The notes beneath the pieces were generated by a model. That model saw only the letters and a program-made list of their open reading frames with translations. It searched no databases and had not been told where the DNA came from. The position numbers were made by a program, and so were the translations under genes. Of a stretch of 64,000 nt of DNA, positions 1-14,515 are shown piece by piece. Position 1 is the first letter of the stretch, and every line of letters begins with the position of its first letter. Source of the stretch: the human T2T-CHM13v2.0 reference genome, Homo sapiens; assembly GCF_009914755.1 (NCBI RefSeq), contig NC_060933.1. One strand, 5' to 3'.

Positions 1-186
1 GGGATCCCAGCCATGAAGTGGCTGTGAGCTGCACCTCTCCAAGCCAGGACCGAGGCCCAGGACCAGATGAAATGCAGCTGCACCCAAGCGCACCCCCAAT
101 TCCGGCATCTGACCCGGAACCAGCAGCAGCCGCCACTGCTACAAGAGAGCATTCCAACACTGAGCGCTTCTAGGGACTTCTTCAGA

Positions 187-251
187 AAAACAAAACAAAA
201 CAAAACAAAACAAAACAAAACAAAACAAAACAAAACAAAACAAAACAAAAC
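187..251 (+). repeat. (AAAAC)13 pentanucleotide microsatellite
   Basis: Perfect tandem array seen directly. Confidence 0.97.
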
Positions 252-409
252 TTAGTCCCTCTTTTCTATTACCAGTGCATATCCCTGTTTAAGCCTTGCC
301 TGACAGGTGCAAAGTGTGTTCATGTCCCCAATGCCATGACAAGTGGGTAGGGCAGGGGTCATCACCCCCAGTTTCCAGAGGAGGAAACTGTGTGGCAGGG
401 ATGGCAAGT

Positions 410-560
410 GATCTGTCCTTCCCTTTCAGTAGTAGGAAACTGTCACTGGGAAGGGGCCACCCAGCCAGGGACTACATTTCCCAGCCTCCCTTGCAGGCAG
501 TTAGCCATGTGACTTGGCTTAGCCACTGGAAGGTGGGCAGAAAGTCTGTACTACCTGCCC
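410..560. mobile_element. ERVL-class LTR fragment (LTR16/LTR33-like)
   Basis: gactacatttcccagcctcccttgcag...gccatgtgact...gccactgg core typical of these old LTRs; boundaries and subfamily approximate. Confidence 0.6.
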
Positions 561-3500
561 TTCTTTATAAACCCTGTCTCCTGCAAGGTCCAGCCTGTGT
601 TGCCTCTGCTGGGTGGTTTTCCAGGCTCCCACAGGCAGAGCTCCTTCCTTCATCTGGTGGCACTGAGGACACGCATGCCTTCCTGAACTGTAGGTACTTA
701 GCCACCATCCCGGCTCCTCTGAGCATGCCATGGAGCAGGGCCCAGTCTATGTCCACCATGCTTGGCTTCAGACCTGCTTGGGAGGAGCCACCTGAAGTCT
801 GCTCAAGGAAAAGCAGTGGGTGGGTTTCTCAGAGATCAGAGCACACAGCCCTTGCAGCCTGCCTGCATCAGCTCACGAGGGCCAAAGCCACAGTCCTCCC
901 ACCAGCATTTGCCTAGCCCCAGCAGACCTCTCCCAGCTCTCACCAGGGCTGCAGCCACACTGGATCCCTCACCCCTCCACCAGCCTGTCCTCTGCCTGCC
1001 CACTCAGTTCCACGCCTTTTATGATTCTACTGTGATTCTGCCACCAGACGTGTGGATGCTTTAGATTTTCCAAAGCACAGTCCACTTTATCGGGTGTCTG
1101 TCCCTTAGGTAGAAAGCTGGAGCTTCTGACAAATCACCTGCCCCCATCTCCACGGCCTCCAGCAGACTCCCCCAACCTGAGCTCCAAGCAGACTTGAAGG
1201 TTTGCAGCCTTTCCGCTCCAGCTCCGCCCCTAGCCGCTGTCGCTCCCACAGGGGCTCTCAGGGCTTGAACACATCTCTTCCAGTCAGGACTGGGCTTCCC
1301 AAGCTTACAAGTGCCCACTCTATTAACACCTTAATTTGGGCTCCAGGACCATTTTTAAATGGGCAGAACAAATGCTTAATGAAGTGCGAGCACTAAGCAA
1401 TATGTCTGCTCATAATAATGTATTTAGAGATGTCACCCTTAGCTTAAAGGAAATCGTTGGGAGAGCCAATTACATTTCAAGAGAGACTAATTCCTGTAAA
1501 GAACTGGAATTTAAATCAAGATTTTTTTTAAGGCTGGCAATGTTCTAATTACAGAGCCTGTGGCAAGTTCTGCTCCTCAGTGAAGGGTCATTTCATCGGA
1601 GAATTGCCTAGACACGTCTGAGAAGCAGGCGGCGCACTCGCTTAGGCTGCAGAAAGGAAACGGCATGTGTGTTACAAGAAGAATGTAAAACTCCATTCCA
1701 GCAAAGACTCACCTACCCACCACGCCGAAGAGACCACAGATCTGTGCCAGTTTGGAAAGGGCTGTGATTGCTTAAGTAATGCGCTGAAACTGTGTGGCTG
1801 AGAAAACAGCAGAAGAGTTAAAAAGCTGAGCTCTCAGAGCCACATGCCCAGCTTTGCCTGGAGAAGGGGTGTGGAAGGGCGAGAGAGCAGGGCTGGTAAG
1901 GAGGGGCTGCAGGTGCCAGGGACACTCAGCAGGGAGGAGGGTATGACCCTGGGCACATCATTCCCCTCTGCGTGCATGCACTGAGTGGCCTTACGTTTTT
2001 GGGGTGCTGGACCAGCAGGCTTTGTGATTCTCACAGATCTATACCTGGGGGACAGAGTGGAGGAGGTGTCAGGCAGAGGGTCACAGCCGCTGGCGGGAAC
2101 TGAGTCTGCCAGTGTGCAGGTATGAAGCTGCAGGGGAACAAGCCAGTTTCATTTTCAAGGTTAGGAGAGTAACTCACATGGGTGAAGGCAACATTTCATA
2201 TGAATTTGTTCTACGGCATCTGGCAAGGGAAGTGGACAGTGATAGCAGCAATGGCTCTGACAGAGTCCGAAGCAGAAGCTAAGCTCCTCTGTTCCCAGGT
2301 TAGGGGCTTAGAATGGCCACCAAGTACTAAAAGCCACACAATGTCCTCTGTACCTTGGCTGCCGACAGATAGCGAGGTGGGGCAGCTGCCAGGCTGAAGA
2401 GAGTCTAGACGTCCCCGGGAAGTCCCTCCTGCCTGTCTGAGCCTGCTGTTTATCACCCCCAACACACTCCTATCTCGCCTGTGTAAGCACCCACGAGTTT
2501 ACCACCCTGAGCCAGGCTGTGCCGATGGGGCAGACTGGTCATGAAGCTCAGAGACCAAGGCAGAGCTGGGACCAGCACTTGGGCTCCATGAACCTCTAGT
2601 CTGTGGCCTGACCATTCTCAGGCAGAGGGAGAAAGGCGCGTTCACATGCTGACCCTCCTGGGCTCAAGCACTGCACCCCGTGGGTTCCCTGGCCCTCAGG
2701 CTATCCTTGTGCCTTGCTGGGCTCTGTCCCTTCTCCTGCTGCATCCACAGGGAGGCTGACTAGATGACCCTGGGGGGTACTTCCAGCCCTAGATCCTGGA
2801 TTCCACATGTGCAAAACATAATCTGCTGCCTACCCGCTGAGGGCTTCCTGCAGGAAGGGGTCTGCAAGCAGCCTCACACCTTCCCTCCACCGCTGCCCTC
2901 ATCCCCAGTCCTGCTTTCACTGGGGCATTGGCCAGGATTGCCTTCAGGGACAATCCTTCCTGTAGGCCAGGCTCTATGTCCTGAAGCACCGAGGTGCAGA
3001 AAGGGGAGGTGTCTGGCCCAAAGTCACACAGTGATTATCAGCAGCAGATGCCCAGAGTCAGTGCTCCTGACCTCAGCACTCCCCAGACCTGAGAGAGGGC
3101 CTCATGTAACCCTCAGTGTTCCATGTGAAGCCAGGCAGAGGGGGCGGATGAGAGGCGTCAGACTCTGAGCAAACATCCCCTCCACGCTGATCTTCCGCCT
3201 CCACAGCGCCCATGGTGCAGGGCTGACGGCAGGTCAGAGACAGCAGAGGGGCTGGGAGTAAAAGACAATGTGTGGCACCCACACAAGGGGCTGTGCCGAG
3301 GATTGGAAATGGCATGTTCTGATTGGTGGAGCCCCCCAGCCTGAGAGGCAGGGTGGTGACCGCCCCCCCAGGGGTCCGAGGTCCCGAGACTATCTGCCAA
3401 TCCTCGACCAATGCAAGGGTCAGGTGACGCCTTGTCCACACACAGCCAGGAGACATGCTGTGACAATACATTCTCATTGGTTAAGGTCCCCATGAGGGAG

Positions 3501-4599
3501 ATGCCATCTAACAGTTGAAGATTTAAAAGCAGCTGCCAGGAGTGGCTTCAGTGACTCCCACCTTCACACAAAAGGAGACGCGAGCATGAGCAAAGGAAGC
3601 ATGAGCACTTCTGTGGAGAACAGAGGGGTTCATCAGGCAAGGAGTATGGCTGCTCCAGGCAGCATGTATTCTGAGCTGCAAGCAGCCTGGGGGTCACCTC
3701 TCACTCCCCTGGGGTACCGTGGAGGAAACTGAGGCCAGAGAGTACACTACCCTGGCCCAAGGCGCACAGCAAGGCAGGCTGCAGGTGAACCCAGAGCCCC
3801 GGCCCCGCATCCCGAGCCAGCTGAGCCGGGCTCCGAGCCACATCTCCTCCCACCCTTCTTCAAGGCAGCATGGGCTTCCACACCTCGGCACCGTCATCAG
3901 CACCATCGTCGTTCAGGGAGGGCATTGCCCCCGGGGAGCTTCAACAGGCTGCTATGCCTGCCAAGCTCCTGCATCAGCCACATCTCCTTTGATAGGACAT
4001 CTTGCGAGGGCAAAGTCACAATGAGAGGTGTCTCTGGTGGGTGACCTGTCTAATGAGTCTTGTAAGGCTGGCAGAGGCCGGGGTGCTGGAGCTGTCACAG
4101 GCGTTCAGATCGCTCATTATCATCACAAAAAGCACCTCCTCATCATCAGGATTATCAAATGTGCCGGGCACGCAGGGCTAATAACAGGCCCCACCTTGCA
4201 GCGCAATCACGGGCTTTAATAAAACATTACTCAGCCTGCAGCTGCCGGCCGCCGAGCAGGGTGCGAGGCCTCACCTCTCGCTTTTAGACCTAATTGCTTG
4301 ATGCATATTTCATGAAGAATCCTGGGTAATAGTTATGTTAAATCGCTTCTTTTCATGATGAAATGACTTAAAAATACTTGCATATAATATTTATGCAGGA
4401 GAAGGATGGAAATTGGCCTTTGGGACTAATGTGTGGGACCCAGTTACAGGACTCCAGACACAGAGGGGATTTCTGGTTTACCTTAGCTTGAAAGGTGCAT
4501 GGGGAGCTGCTGTCCTGACCCAGATGTCCCCAGAACATTAGCCCTCAGGTCAAAACCATCTAAGGCTCCCCATGGCCAAAACAGATATAACAACACCCA

Positions 4600-4810
4600 G
4601 TACTTCAAGAGCCCCTACTGGGTACTGGGCTCTGAGCTGAGCTGTTGCCACATATTATCTCATTTAAACTGTAGAGCAAACAACTTTAAGTTGTTAGAAT
4701 GATCACTGTTTACAGATGGGAAAACTGAGGCTCAGGAAAATTGTGTCTCATGGGACATGGTAGGGCTAGGATTTGAACCTATGTTTGTTGAACTCCAAAG
4801 CCTGGCATTC
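4600..4810. mobile_element. MIR
   Basis: Core tttacagatgggaaaactgaggctcag...ctaggatttgaaccta; boundaries approximate. Confidence 0.7.
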
Positions 4811-5031
4811 AAGGCCCTGAAGCTCCCACCACAGCCTCATCTTCCTCTGCTCAGCTACCCGTTGGCCTCTTTCTGCCCCAAGATCTGGCTTCCCTGCAGC
4901 TTGGTGAGAACTGGAGGTTAAGAATCCTGTCAGCCCATTGTGATGTTTCTCAGCAGGCTGAGCCTTAGCCCCCTCTGGCCTCTGGGCACACATACATGCC
5001 TGGCACACAGCTGGGGCACTGTGCCCATCAC

Positions 5032-5070
5032 CCATCCACCCATCTATCCATCCATCCATCCATCCACCCG
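5032..5070 (+). repeat. Imperfect (CCAT)n
   Basis: ccatccacccatctatccatccatccatccatccacc. Confidence 0.85.
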
Positions 5071-8000
5071 CCCACCAGGGTCTGCCCAGAGCCGGGGCAA
5101 TGAGGCCCCATGCATCCTCCCCTCCAGACGTAAGCTTCCCAGGGCAGGCTGGTGGCTGGTCGACCTTGTCCCTGACTGCAGCCCAGCAAAGGGAGAAGCT
5201 GCCCACTCTGAGGCTGGATACAGTGGATGCTTTCTCCAGTCAGCAACAGTCCCAGGACGAGCCAGTGAGAACTGGCAGAGTGGGAAGGACTGGGGAGCTT
5301 CCGGAGGGTCATCCCTATGAGGTGAGTACACAGGCACACGCTTTTCAAATCAGAAAGTCTCCCCCAGGGAGGCCACAGGGAAGAATGCACCAGAGCCCTC
5401 TTCCCTTAGGATTTGGAAAGGACTTATTCCTGAGGCCACTCAGCCGCCCAGTGTCCCCTGCCCAGGCCTAAATAAAACATGAAAGTGAGACAAGTTCCCT
5501 TGCAAAATCATGGTCTTCTTGAAGGGGTAATGTGAGCGCTGGCCCTGCCCCTCCCTACTCAGGCTCTAAGTGGCTGCGTCTTTTCTTCTTGTTGGGCTAT
5601 TTTATTTTGCTATTTTTTACCCCTACTCTTTCTTATGACTTTATTTTCCATTACCCCAAAGAATGTGGCACAAAGCTGTTGGGCCATTTTAAACATTTAA
5701 ATCTTACATTGTGCGAAGATTCCTGGGCCAGGTTGTTGGAAGGAGAGACAGAATGAGCTTGTGCATTTAAAGTGCACTCAACCATCAGTTGCCAGATAAT
5801 TCTCAGGTGAGGGAGGTGTCGCAGGTCCCTTGGCCTTGGGGAGCAGGGCAGCGAGTGCTCACACTCTGATCCCTGGGAGCACTGCCTCTATGCTTGGCAT
5901 GGGGAAGGGCCCTTCCACCCCCACAGACATGTACTTGCTTCCAACAGGGTGGAGGCAAACAGGGAAGTTTGTGCGGAATTGAAGGGAGTCAGGCCCAGCT
6001 CTAATGCTAACCTGCTGTGATGTGGGTGAGAGCCAGCATGGAGGGTGACCATGGCAAGGTACCTCCGTGGTCACCTACAAGCCTGCAAAATGGGTAGTTC
6101 CTGCCATAACCCCACCCCCACCCTGAGGATGGCAATTCTGCCTCTTGAAAGCAGTGCCTTTATGACTCACAACTTCTGCTCTCCTCCTGCCGCCTCTTTG
6201 ACCTCCAGGGAAGTGGGACATTTTGCTAGGTCTATGCCTCTAAAGAAACTCTCCTCCTCACACCCGCGAGCAGGATGCAGCCACTTCAGCAACACTAGTG
6301 CTAGAAGATTCGAGAAGCACAGCATTACCCATCTTACCGACTGTGGCCATGCTGCCAAGAGCTCTATGTACCTCTTCACAGCAACACCAAGAGATGGGCC
6401 TACAGATTCCAGGTGGGGAAACAGAGTCAGAGGGCTCAAGTGACTGGCCTGGGACTATGCAGCCACTGAGGCGAGAAGTGAGACTGAACACAAGTCCATT
6501 GAATCTTCACAGAGCCAGAGTGGGTGCCCGCCTGCCAGGCAGACACACGACCCCGTTCTCCCTCAATGTGTGGTAGATAAAGAGGCGGTAGAGATCTCTG
6601 AAGAGAATTAGGCCACTGTTTCAGTACAGCATTCAGCAAAGAGAGGGCCCTGCTATCTTAGCAGAAAGCCAACAATCCCAAATGCATGGAGAGCTGTAGC
6701 CTGGACCTGGGCTACCTCCTTACAGACACTGCCCCAACACTGTGAGAGATGTGGCTTCTCCACAGCAAATATTTCAACAGTCCACCTCTGTGGTCCAATT
6801 ACTCACCCAGAGCCCAGGCAGATCCCACTCACACAGGGCCTGGCCTACCTCTGGCATGGCTGAGAAGACCTTAAATGCTCCCTTGGTCCATGACTGGACT
6901 AACCTGTGGCCTCCCAAGGAAGCTGGGAGGGCTGGCATTATATGCAAGATACCCACTGCACAGATGAGAAGACTAAGGGTCTGAGGGAGAAGCAACTTGC
7001 CCAGTCACGATGCAAGGCTATCAGGGCTTCCCAAGCCAGGGGACCAGGATGTAAGTGCATCTCACTGTGTGACTGGTTTCTCCAGCTGTCTGAGGCGTGG
7101 GGCAGGGGGCATGGAGGCTCCTTCTAGCTGAGATGTTCTAATAGTCAAGGCAGCTGGGATAAAGGAGCTTAGGAGGCCACGTGGCCAACACCTGCATCCT
7201 GCCCACAGCTTCCAAAGCAGCCTTCACAGTGACAAGCCAAAGACACACACACCAAGTTATTGTGAACAAACGTCTCAATGTAAACGCTGCTGAGCAAAAT
7301 GACGTGATTTACAACCAAATAATTAGACTTTCAATAGACGCATCAGCAGCGATTAGCCTACCCGAGACGCCAGGGCATTTCTCAAGCTCTAAGTTGGTGG
7401 CCCAGGGTGAAGGCCTTCAGTAAATCATGACAAAAAGCCATCTCTAGGCAGGAGAGCTGGCAGATGCCTCTCCTGGCGAACATGTAGAGGCATAAGGCTC
7501 GTTTTAGCACACAAAGCAGTAGGTATGTCAAAATGAACCCATTTTGGGCAATTTTTCTCATGAGAAAACCAACACATTATTAGACAAGAAGTTTTTAAAT
7601 GATGAGCGCTCAGACTGAGGGAGTAAGCCTCCCATTACCAGGGGTGTGTAAGTGGGAAGGCAATGACACTTGGTGGGTGGATCCCGCTGGATGCCTTTTG
7701 TAGTCCCCCCTCAGGGTTCCCACCAGCCTCAGCCAAGTGCACGTGGAAACTGCAAGGAGGGCTGGACGCAGAAGCGGAGGGGGATGGTGAAATGCTGCCA
7801 AAGCTTCAGGAAAGGGAAACAGGGTCTAGGGCTTCTTTCTTTCCTTCCTCTCTTTCTCTTTCTCTCTTTTTTTTTTTTCTACCTCTAATTGAGGACTTTT
7901 CTAGGAACATGAAGGCCTGTGTGTCGGAAATTATTTTTCTCCACTCTTCAGCCCTGGGCGCTTCCCCAAAGGGAGGAAGTTCAAAGTCTGATCCCACTGA

Positions 8001-8336
8001 TATCATTGGCTGGGCAAGTCCCCTCCCCCTGGGCCTCAGCGTCTCCCTCTGGAAAAGCTGGAGGGGATCCCTTCAGTGCTGAGTTCTCAAGTCAGTGACG
8101 GACATGCCAGTGTGGGTGGGAGCACCACAGCAGGAGGAACAAGGCAGGGCAGAATGGCTCCCCTCATGGAGGGAGACAGGTGGGTACACTGGCCACAGTG
8201 GATCCTGGGCTTGGGGACAGCAAAATGACAAAAGCAGGCTTCTCATGCCTGTGCCAACAGGATGGACAGAATCCAGGCCAAGGGTGATCTCTTCCTACTG
8301 AGGACAAGGCTATCTGAGCCCTTAGGCTCCTTAAAG

Positions 8337-8530
8337 CAGTGGCTCCTACCTGGGGCAATTTTGCACTCCCTCTTCCCTGGGGAATACTCGCAATGTCTTG
8401 GTACATAGGTGCTACTGGCATCTAAGTAAGAGGAGGCCAGGGACGCTGCTAAATACCCTACGACGCACAGCACAGCCCCCACAACAAAGAATAATGTAGC
8501 CCAGCTTCCCACAGTGCCTAGGCTAAAGCC
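8337..8530. mobile_element. MER20 (hAT-Charlie DNA transposon relic)
   Basis: ggggcaattttgc...gtgctactggcatcta...gaggccagggacgctgctaaata...gcacagcacagcccccacaacaaagaat matches the MER20 pattern. Confidence 0.8.
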
Positions 8531-9737
8531 ACACCACTCGCTAGACGGCCAGTGCCTCAAATTCTGCATCCACAACATGGGAATAACCAGAGTCCACCCT
8601 TGCTGCTGTGGTGAGGGGCAGATGAGAACCTCCACATGAAGTGTGAACGTCTGACGAATCCCGGCTCGCCTGGCCCCTTATGTAAAGGTGTAAGACACAG
8701 AGCGGAATCTGCCAAATGGCTTGGTTCCAGAGGGCTCCAGGCTGTTTCCAAGGACAGGACCCCCTAGTCCCACCTGAGCAGCACATGGTGGGAGATGTAC
8801 CACATCTGAGGAGACTCCAGAGCAGGACCATGCAGAGGCTGGGCCAAGGCAGCCTCGGGGGAAGCCCCAGCTGCCGAGGGGAGGACTTGGAGCGCACAAT
8901 GGCTTTTATAGCCCAAAGGGGGCCAGCGCCCTGGGGTTGACCCAGGCAGGGCTGGAGAGGGGGGTGGGCCTTGGGGTGCCTGAGGATGGTGCTGTACGCA
9001 GCCCAGGCTCAGGGCCACCCAGACCTGTATCTGAGTCCCTGCCCTGAACTGTGCCTGGTCTGAGCTTCAGGTCCTCATCTGGGAAGTAGAGCTTTCACTG
9101 TTCACCCACAAGGGTAGTCTGAGGTCTGGACAGCAGGGAAGCAAGGCTCGCCAGGTGCGGAGGTGCCGCCGAGTATGCAGGATGTCGTTGGAGCCTGGTC
9201 ACCTGGGTACAAATCTGCACTCTTTGGCAGGCCCCTCGGATAAGCATGACGTGAAACAGGGGGCTGGCACTAGATTCCAGCTTAATGCATTTTTAAATTT
9301 TTAAATGAAGAACAGTGCCTTTCAGAAAATACTGACGCCAGTGCAGGACTCAGGGTCCTGGCGTGGGTCTTGTTCTCATCTGCTGGGCAGGAGCCACTGC
9401 ACCAGTGGCCGCCTGTCTGGTGTGTCTGGTGCACCTGGCTGGCTCTGTGCTGTCTGGGCTGAGCACTGAGCTAGGTTTCCCATACGTCTGCTCTGTCATT
9501 CACGGCTGCATTGGCAGCCCAGAAGCCATGGATGTGGCTGCAGGAGCGTCTCCTCCAGTTGGGCAGCCTGCCTGGCTGGGGTGGGATACCTGGGTTCTGG
9601 CCCAGCTCTGTGGCCGGATGACACGGGGCAAGGCGTTTACTGCCCTGAGATCGATTTCCTGAAACATCAAGTGTTCTTTCACCACAGTCTCTAAGGCACA
9701 CTGTTGCACACAGGATCCACATGAAAAGAGAAAAGGA

Positions 9738-10065
<328 letters not shown>

Positions 10066-11842
10066 TCAATGGCATTTATTAAGTGTCTACTGTGTGCACT
10101 GCTCTAAATGCAACATTTCTGAGGGAGACAAGACACCAACCAGATACTCTGAGATCATTTGGTTCCCTGTCATCATTTTACAGATGACACTGAGGCTCAG
10201 AGAAGGGCAGAGGTTTGCTCTCTTTCCGCAATACAGCCCCTGCCCCATGCCTCTATTGCGGAGGATTCTCTGGCAAGACCAGCAGACTAGAGTCTGCAGT
10301 AATGGGGTGTGACAAGCTGGGGTGGGGGATGTGGCAGGGGGAGGGGACATGCAGGGAGGGGAGAGGGGAAGGAAGCAGCAATGCCCCCTGCTCCTCATTT
10401 CTCATCCCGAGTCACCCCATGGACCTTTGCTCTTGCTAAAGCACAGTGCTCACCCTCACCAGTCTCTTCCTGGCCCACCCTGGTGGGGGCCTCCTCACCA
10501 ACTGACCAAGGGTGTTCACCAGCACAGCAATGAAGCGGACTCACTATCCACAAAGCACCTTATCTAACTTAGTTTTATTTAAGAAAAAAAGTAAAGATGA
10601 GAAACTCAACAATCCTTATCAAAACCCCAATGTCATTCTTCACAGCAAAAGAAGAAACAATCCTAAAATTCATGTGGAACCATAAAAGACCCTGAGTAAC
10701 CATAAAAGACCCTGAGTAACCAAAACAATGCTGAAGAAGAAAAGAAAGTTGGGGGCATCACACTTCCTGATTTGAAATTATATTACAAAGCTATAGTAAT
10801 CAAAACAGTATGATACTGGCATACAAACAGACACATAGACCAGTGAAACAGAATAGAGACCCCAGAAACAAATCCAAACACATATGGGTCAACTAATTTT
10901 TGATGAGGGTACCAAGAAGACACAATGGAGAAAAGATAATCCCTTCAATAAATGGTGCTAATAAACTAGATTTCCACATGCAAAAGAATGAAACTGGACC
11001 CATATCTTCTATTACACACAAAAAATCAACTCAAAATGGATAAAAGACCTAAATATAAAAATAGAAACTATAAAACTCTTACAGCCCAGGGGAAAAGCTC
11101 CTGGACACTGGCCTTGGCAATGATTTTTTTGGATATCATATCAAAAGCTCAAAATAAATAAATGGGACTACATCCAAGCTCCTGCACAGTAAAGGAGACA
11201 ATAAGATGAAATGGCAGCCTACAGATTGGGAAAAAATATTTGCAAACCATGCATCTGATAAAGGGTTAACATCCAAAATTTATAAAGGACTCACATAACT
11301 CCATAGTGAAAAAACAAATAACCTGATTATAAAATGGGCAAAAGACCTGAATAGACATTTCTCCAAAGAAGACATAAAAAAATGGCTGACAGGTATATGA
11401 AAAGGTGTTCAACATCAGCAATCATCAGGGACATGCAAGTCAAAACCACTATGAGGTATCACTTCATACCCACTAGAATGGCTATTATCAAAAAGTCAAA
11501 AGATAACAAATGTTGGCGAGGATGCGGAAAAAAGGAAACTCTTATACACTGTTGGTGGGAATGTAGATTGGTACAGCCATTATGGAAAAGAGTAAAGAGC
11601 TTTGTAAGGAAATTAGAAGTAGAACTACAGTATGACCTAGCGATCCCTTTTCTGGGCATATACCCAAAGGAAGTAAAATCACCATCTTGTAAAGACATCT
11701 GCACTCCATGTTTACAGCAGCGCCATTCACAACAGTCAGCATATGAAAACAACTGAAGGTCTGTCAAGGATGAATGGATAAAGAAACTGTGGTGTATGTA
11801 TGACAGAATACTATTCCGCCCTAAAAAAGATCTTGTCATTCA

Positions 11843-12215
<373 letters not shown>

Positions 12216-12546
12216 AAAAATATTGTATGATTGATCTCATTTACATGTGGAATCTAAAACAAATTCAAATATGTAGAGATGGAGAAAAAAACAGTGGGTC
12301 CTTGGGGCAGGGTGGGGAGGAGATGGGGAGATGTAGGTCAGAGGGTACAAAAGAGCAGACATGCAGGATGAACAAGTCTAGAGAGCTGATGCACAACACG
12401 AGGACCACAGGTAATAAACAAATTGTACTTCATATGGGATTCATACTAAATGAGTAGATGTTAGCTGCTCTAGCCACAAAAAAAAAAAAAAAAAAAGGTA
12501 ACTATGTAAGGTGAGGGATATGTTAATTTGTTTCACTATAGGAACA

Positions 12547-12829
12547 TTTTTTGTTTTGCTCTGTCGCCCAGGCTGGAGAGCAGTGGTAAAATCACAGCTC
12601 ACTCTGTAACCCCAAATGCCTGGGCTCATGGAATCCTCCTGCCTCAGCCACCCAAGGAGCTAGGACAACAGGGGTGTGCCACCATGCCTGGCTAATTTTT
12701 AAAACTTTTTATAGTAATGAGGTCTCACGACGTTGCCCAGGCTAGTCTTGAACTCCCAGGCTCAAGCAATTCTCCTGCCTTGGCCTCCCAAAGCGCTGGG
12801 ATTATAGGCATGAGGTACTGCATCTAGCT
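12547..12829 (-). mobile_element. AluJ-like inserted in the L1 3' UTR
   Basis: Antisense Alu: gctctgtcgcccaggctggag...ctcccaaagcgctgggattataggc. Confidence 0.9.
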
Positions 12830-13429
12830 CTTAGTAACCTTCTTACTATCTGTATGTATTCTATAACATCATGGTGTATATCTTCATTATACACAATAAA
12901 CTTTATTTGAAAAGAAGAAAAAAAATCCAGAGGGGCCTTTTAAAACTGCAAATTAAGACAGATCTGCCTGCTCAAAGGCCACTGCATCTAACCTGAGGGT
13001 GGTTTTTCCTCCCTGGAATTTCAAAGGCATCGGGTTGACTGGGAACCACCCAGAAACCCTGCCAAGGACCTTTTGCAAATTATATGAATGACCGTGGTTC
13101 CTGGTGGAAAAACTCCCAATAGTTCTTGGGAATCTAGGCCTCAGTTTCTTCATCTGTGAAATAGAGAATAGTTTACAATGTTCCCTGAAGTCCACTGAAA
13201 GCTAAGTAAAGAGCTCAGAACTGGGTGTTGGGGTCCTGGCTTCTGCCTTCTCAGGCCTTGGTTTCCCCATCTACATGATGAAGAGACAACCTTTGAAGCT
13301 TGGCACATAGGAGATGCTCATACCACATGGGAAGGAAGGATATTAAACAAAAGGACTCGCCTTCATTACAGACACCATGGAGCCCCAGGGCTGGAAGTGG
13401 AGTGGAGGTTTTTAAAAAATAGAGTTTAT

Positions 13430-13572
13430 TCAAGTGTGTCCTAGAATGTCCACCAGTACCCAGAGACTTACTTGTTAAGCCTGTGGCCCCCTGGATCTCT
13501 TTGCAAGCAAAATCTGTTGTAAACTCGCCCTCTAAGAGATTCTGATGCATGTTCAAGTTTGAGAATCATCAT
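13430..13572. mobile_element. MER5-family fragment
   Basis: gattctgatgcatgttcaagtttgagaatca end motif. Confidence 0.55.
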
Positions 13573-14235
13573 TCTAGTTCCATCTAATGATGGAAACTCC
13601 TCTGTAATATCCGCAATATTTACTGTCCAGCTTTGCTACTTACCACCATCACCAGAGAGCTCATTCCCCACCAAGACAACCCATTCCAAACAGACAGCTT
13701 TGCCTGTGGTTAAGTTCTTCCATGTCCTGAGCTGAAATGTGGCTAACTACAGCTTGCTGAGATTAGCCCAGCTCCGAGCTCTAGCTCCTGCAGGCCAAGG
13801 CCACTGCTTCTGCCCTGTGAAGGTCCCTCAGAGACAGGAAGACCCGGGCTACTCTTTTCCAGCTGTGCCCCTGGGGCAGAATTTCCTGTCCTTTCCCATC
13901 CTGGTCGCTTCTGCTGCCCGTTCCCCAGGCAGTCACCATCTCTCACACAGCGGGAGTCAGCAACTAAACAGGGTCCCGTGGGGTCTGTCCAGCTTGGCCA
14001 TCAGTCCTTCTGGCTGGACACAACTCCATCATTAACACAGACACTCCTGAGCTTCGGTTGAACTCCTTTTTGGGGTCTGCGGACCTCCTGAGTCCCCCCC
14101 TCTCCCAGCCCCTCCCAAGTCCCAAGAGACAGGGTCTTATTGACATGCAAGTGTCATCAGGTATAGTAACACTCATCTCTTGAGCACCCTAAAAGGTGCA
14201 TGGGGCCGAGAGCTTTTCTGTGGTGGGAAAGGATG

Positions 14236-14515
14236 GGGGTCTTGCTTTGTTGTCCAGGCTGGAGTGCAGTGGCACATTCATAACTCACTGTAACCTCTAA
14301 CTCCTGGGCTTAAGTGATCCTCCTGCCTCAGCCTCCTGAGTAGTTTAGGATTACAGGTGTGAGCCACCATGCCCAGCTAATTAATTTTTTTTTTTTGTAG
14401 AGACCTCGTCTCACTATGTTGCCCAGGCTGGTATTGAACTCCTAGGCTCAAGTGATCCTCCTGCCTTGGCCTCCCAAAGTGCTAGGATTACAGGCGTGAG
14501 CCACTGTGTACAGTT
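14236..14515 (-). mobile_element. AluJ-like
   Basis: Antisense dimeric Alu, tail eroded. Confidence 0.9.

Noticed and set aside
296-916. 206-aa plus-strand ORF
   Set aside because: Non-ATG start, overlaps an LTR relic, no domain, antisense within an SHB intron; expected by chance in GC-rich DNA.
10318-10370. G-run clusters (also 22801-22845 and 34395-34445) as G-quadruplexes
   Set aside because: Common in GC-rich introns and nothing ties them to a function here.
11382-11756. L1 ORF2p-like 124-aa ORF
   Set aside because: Fragment of a 5'-truncated, Alu-interrupted L1; not an independent gene.
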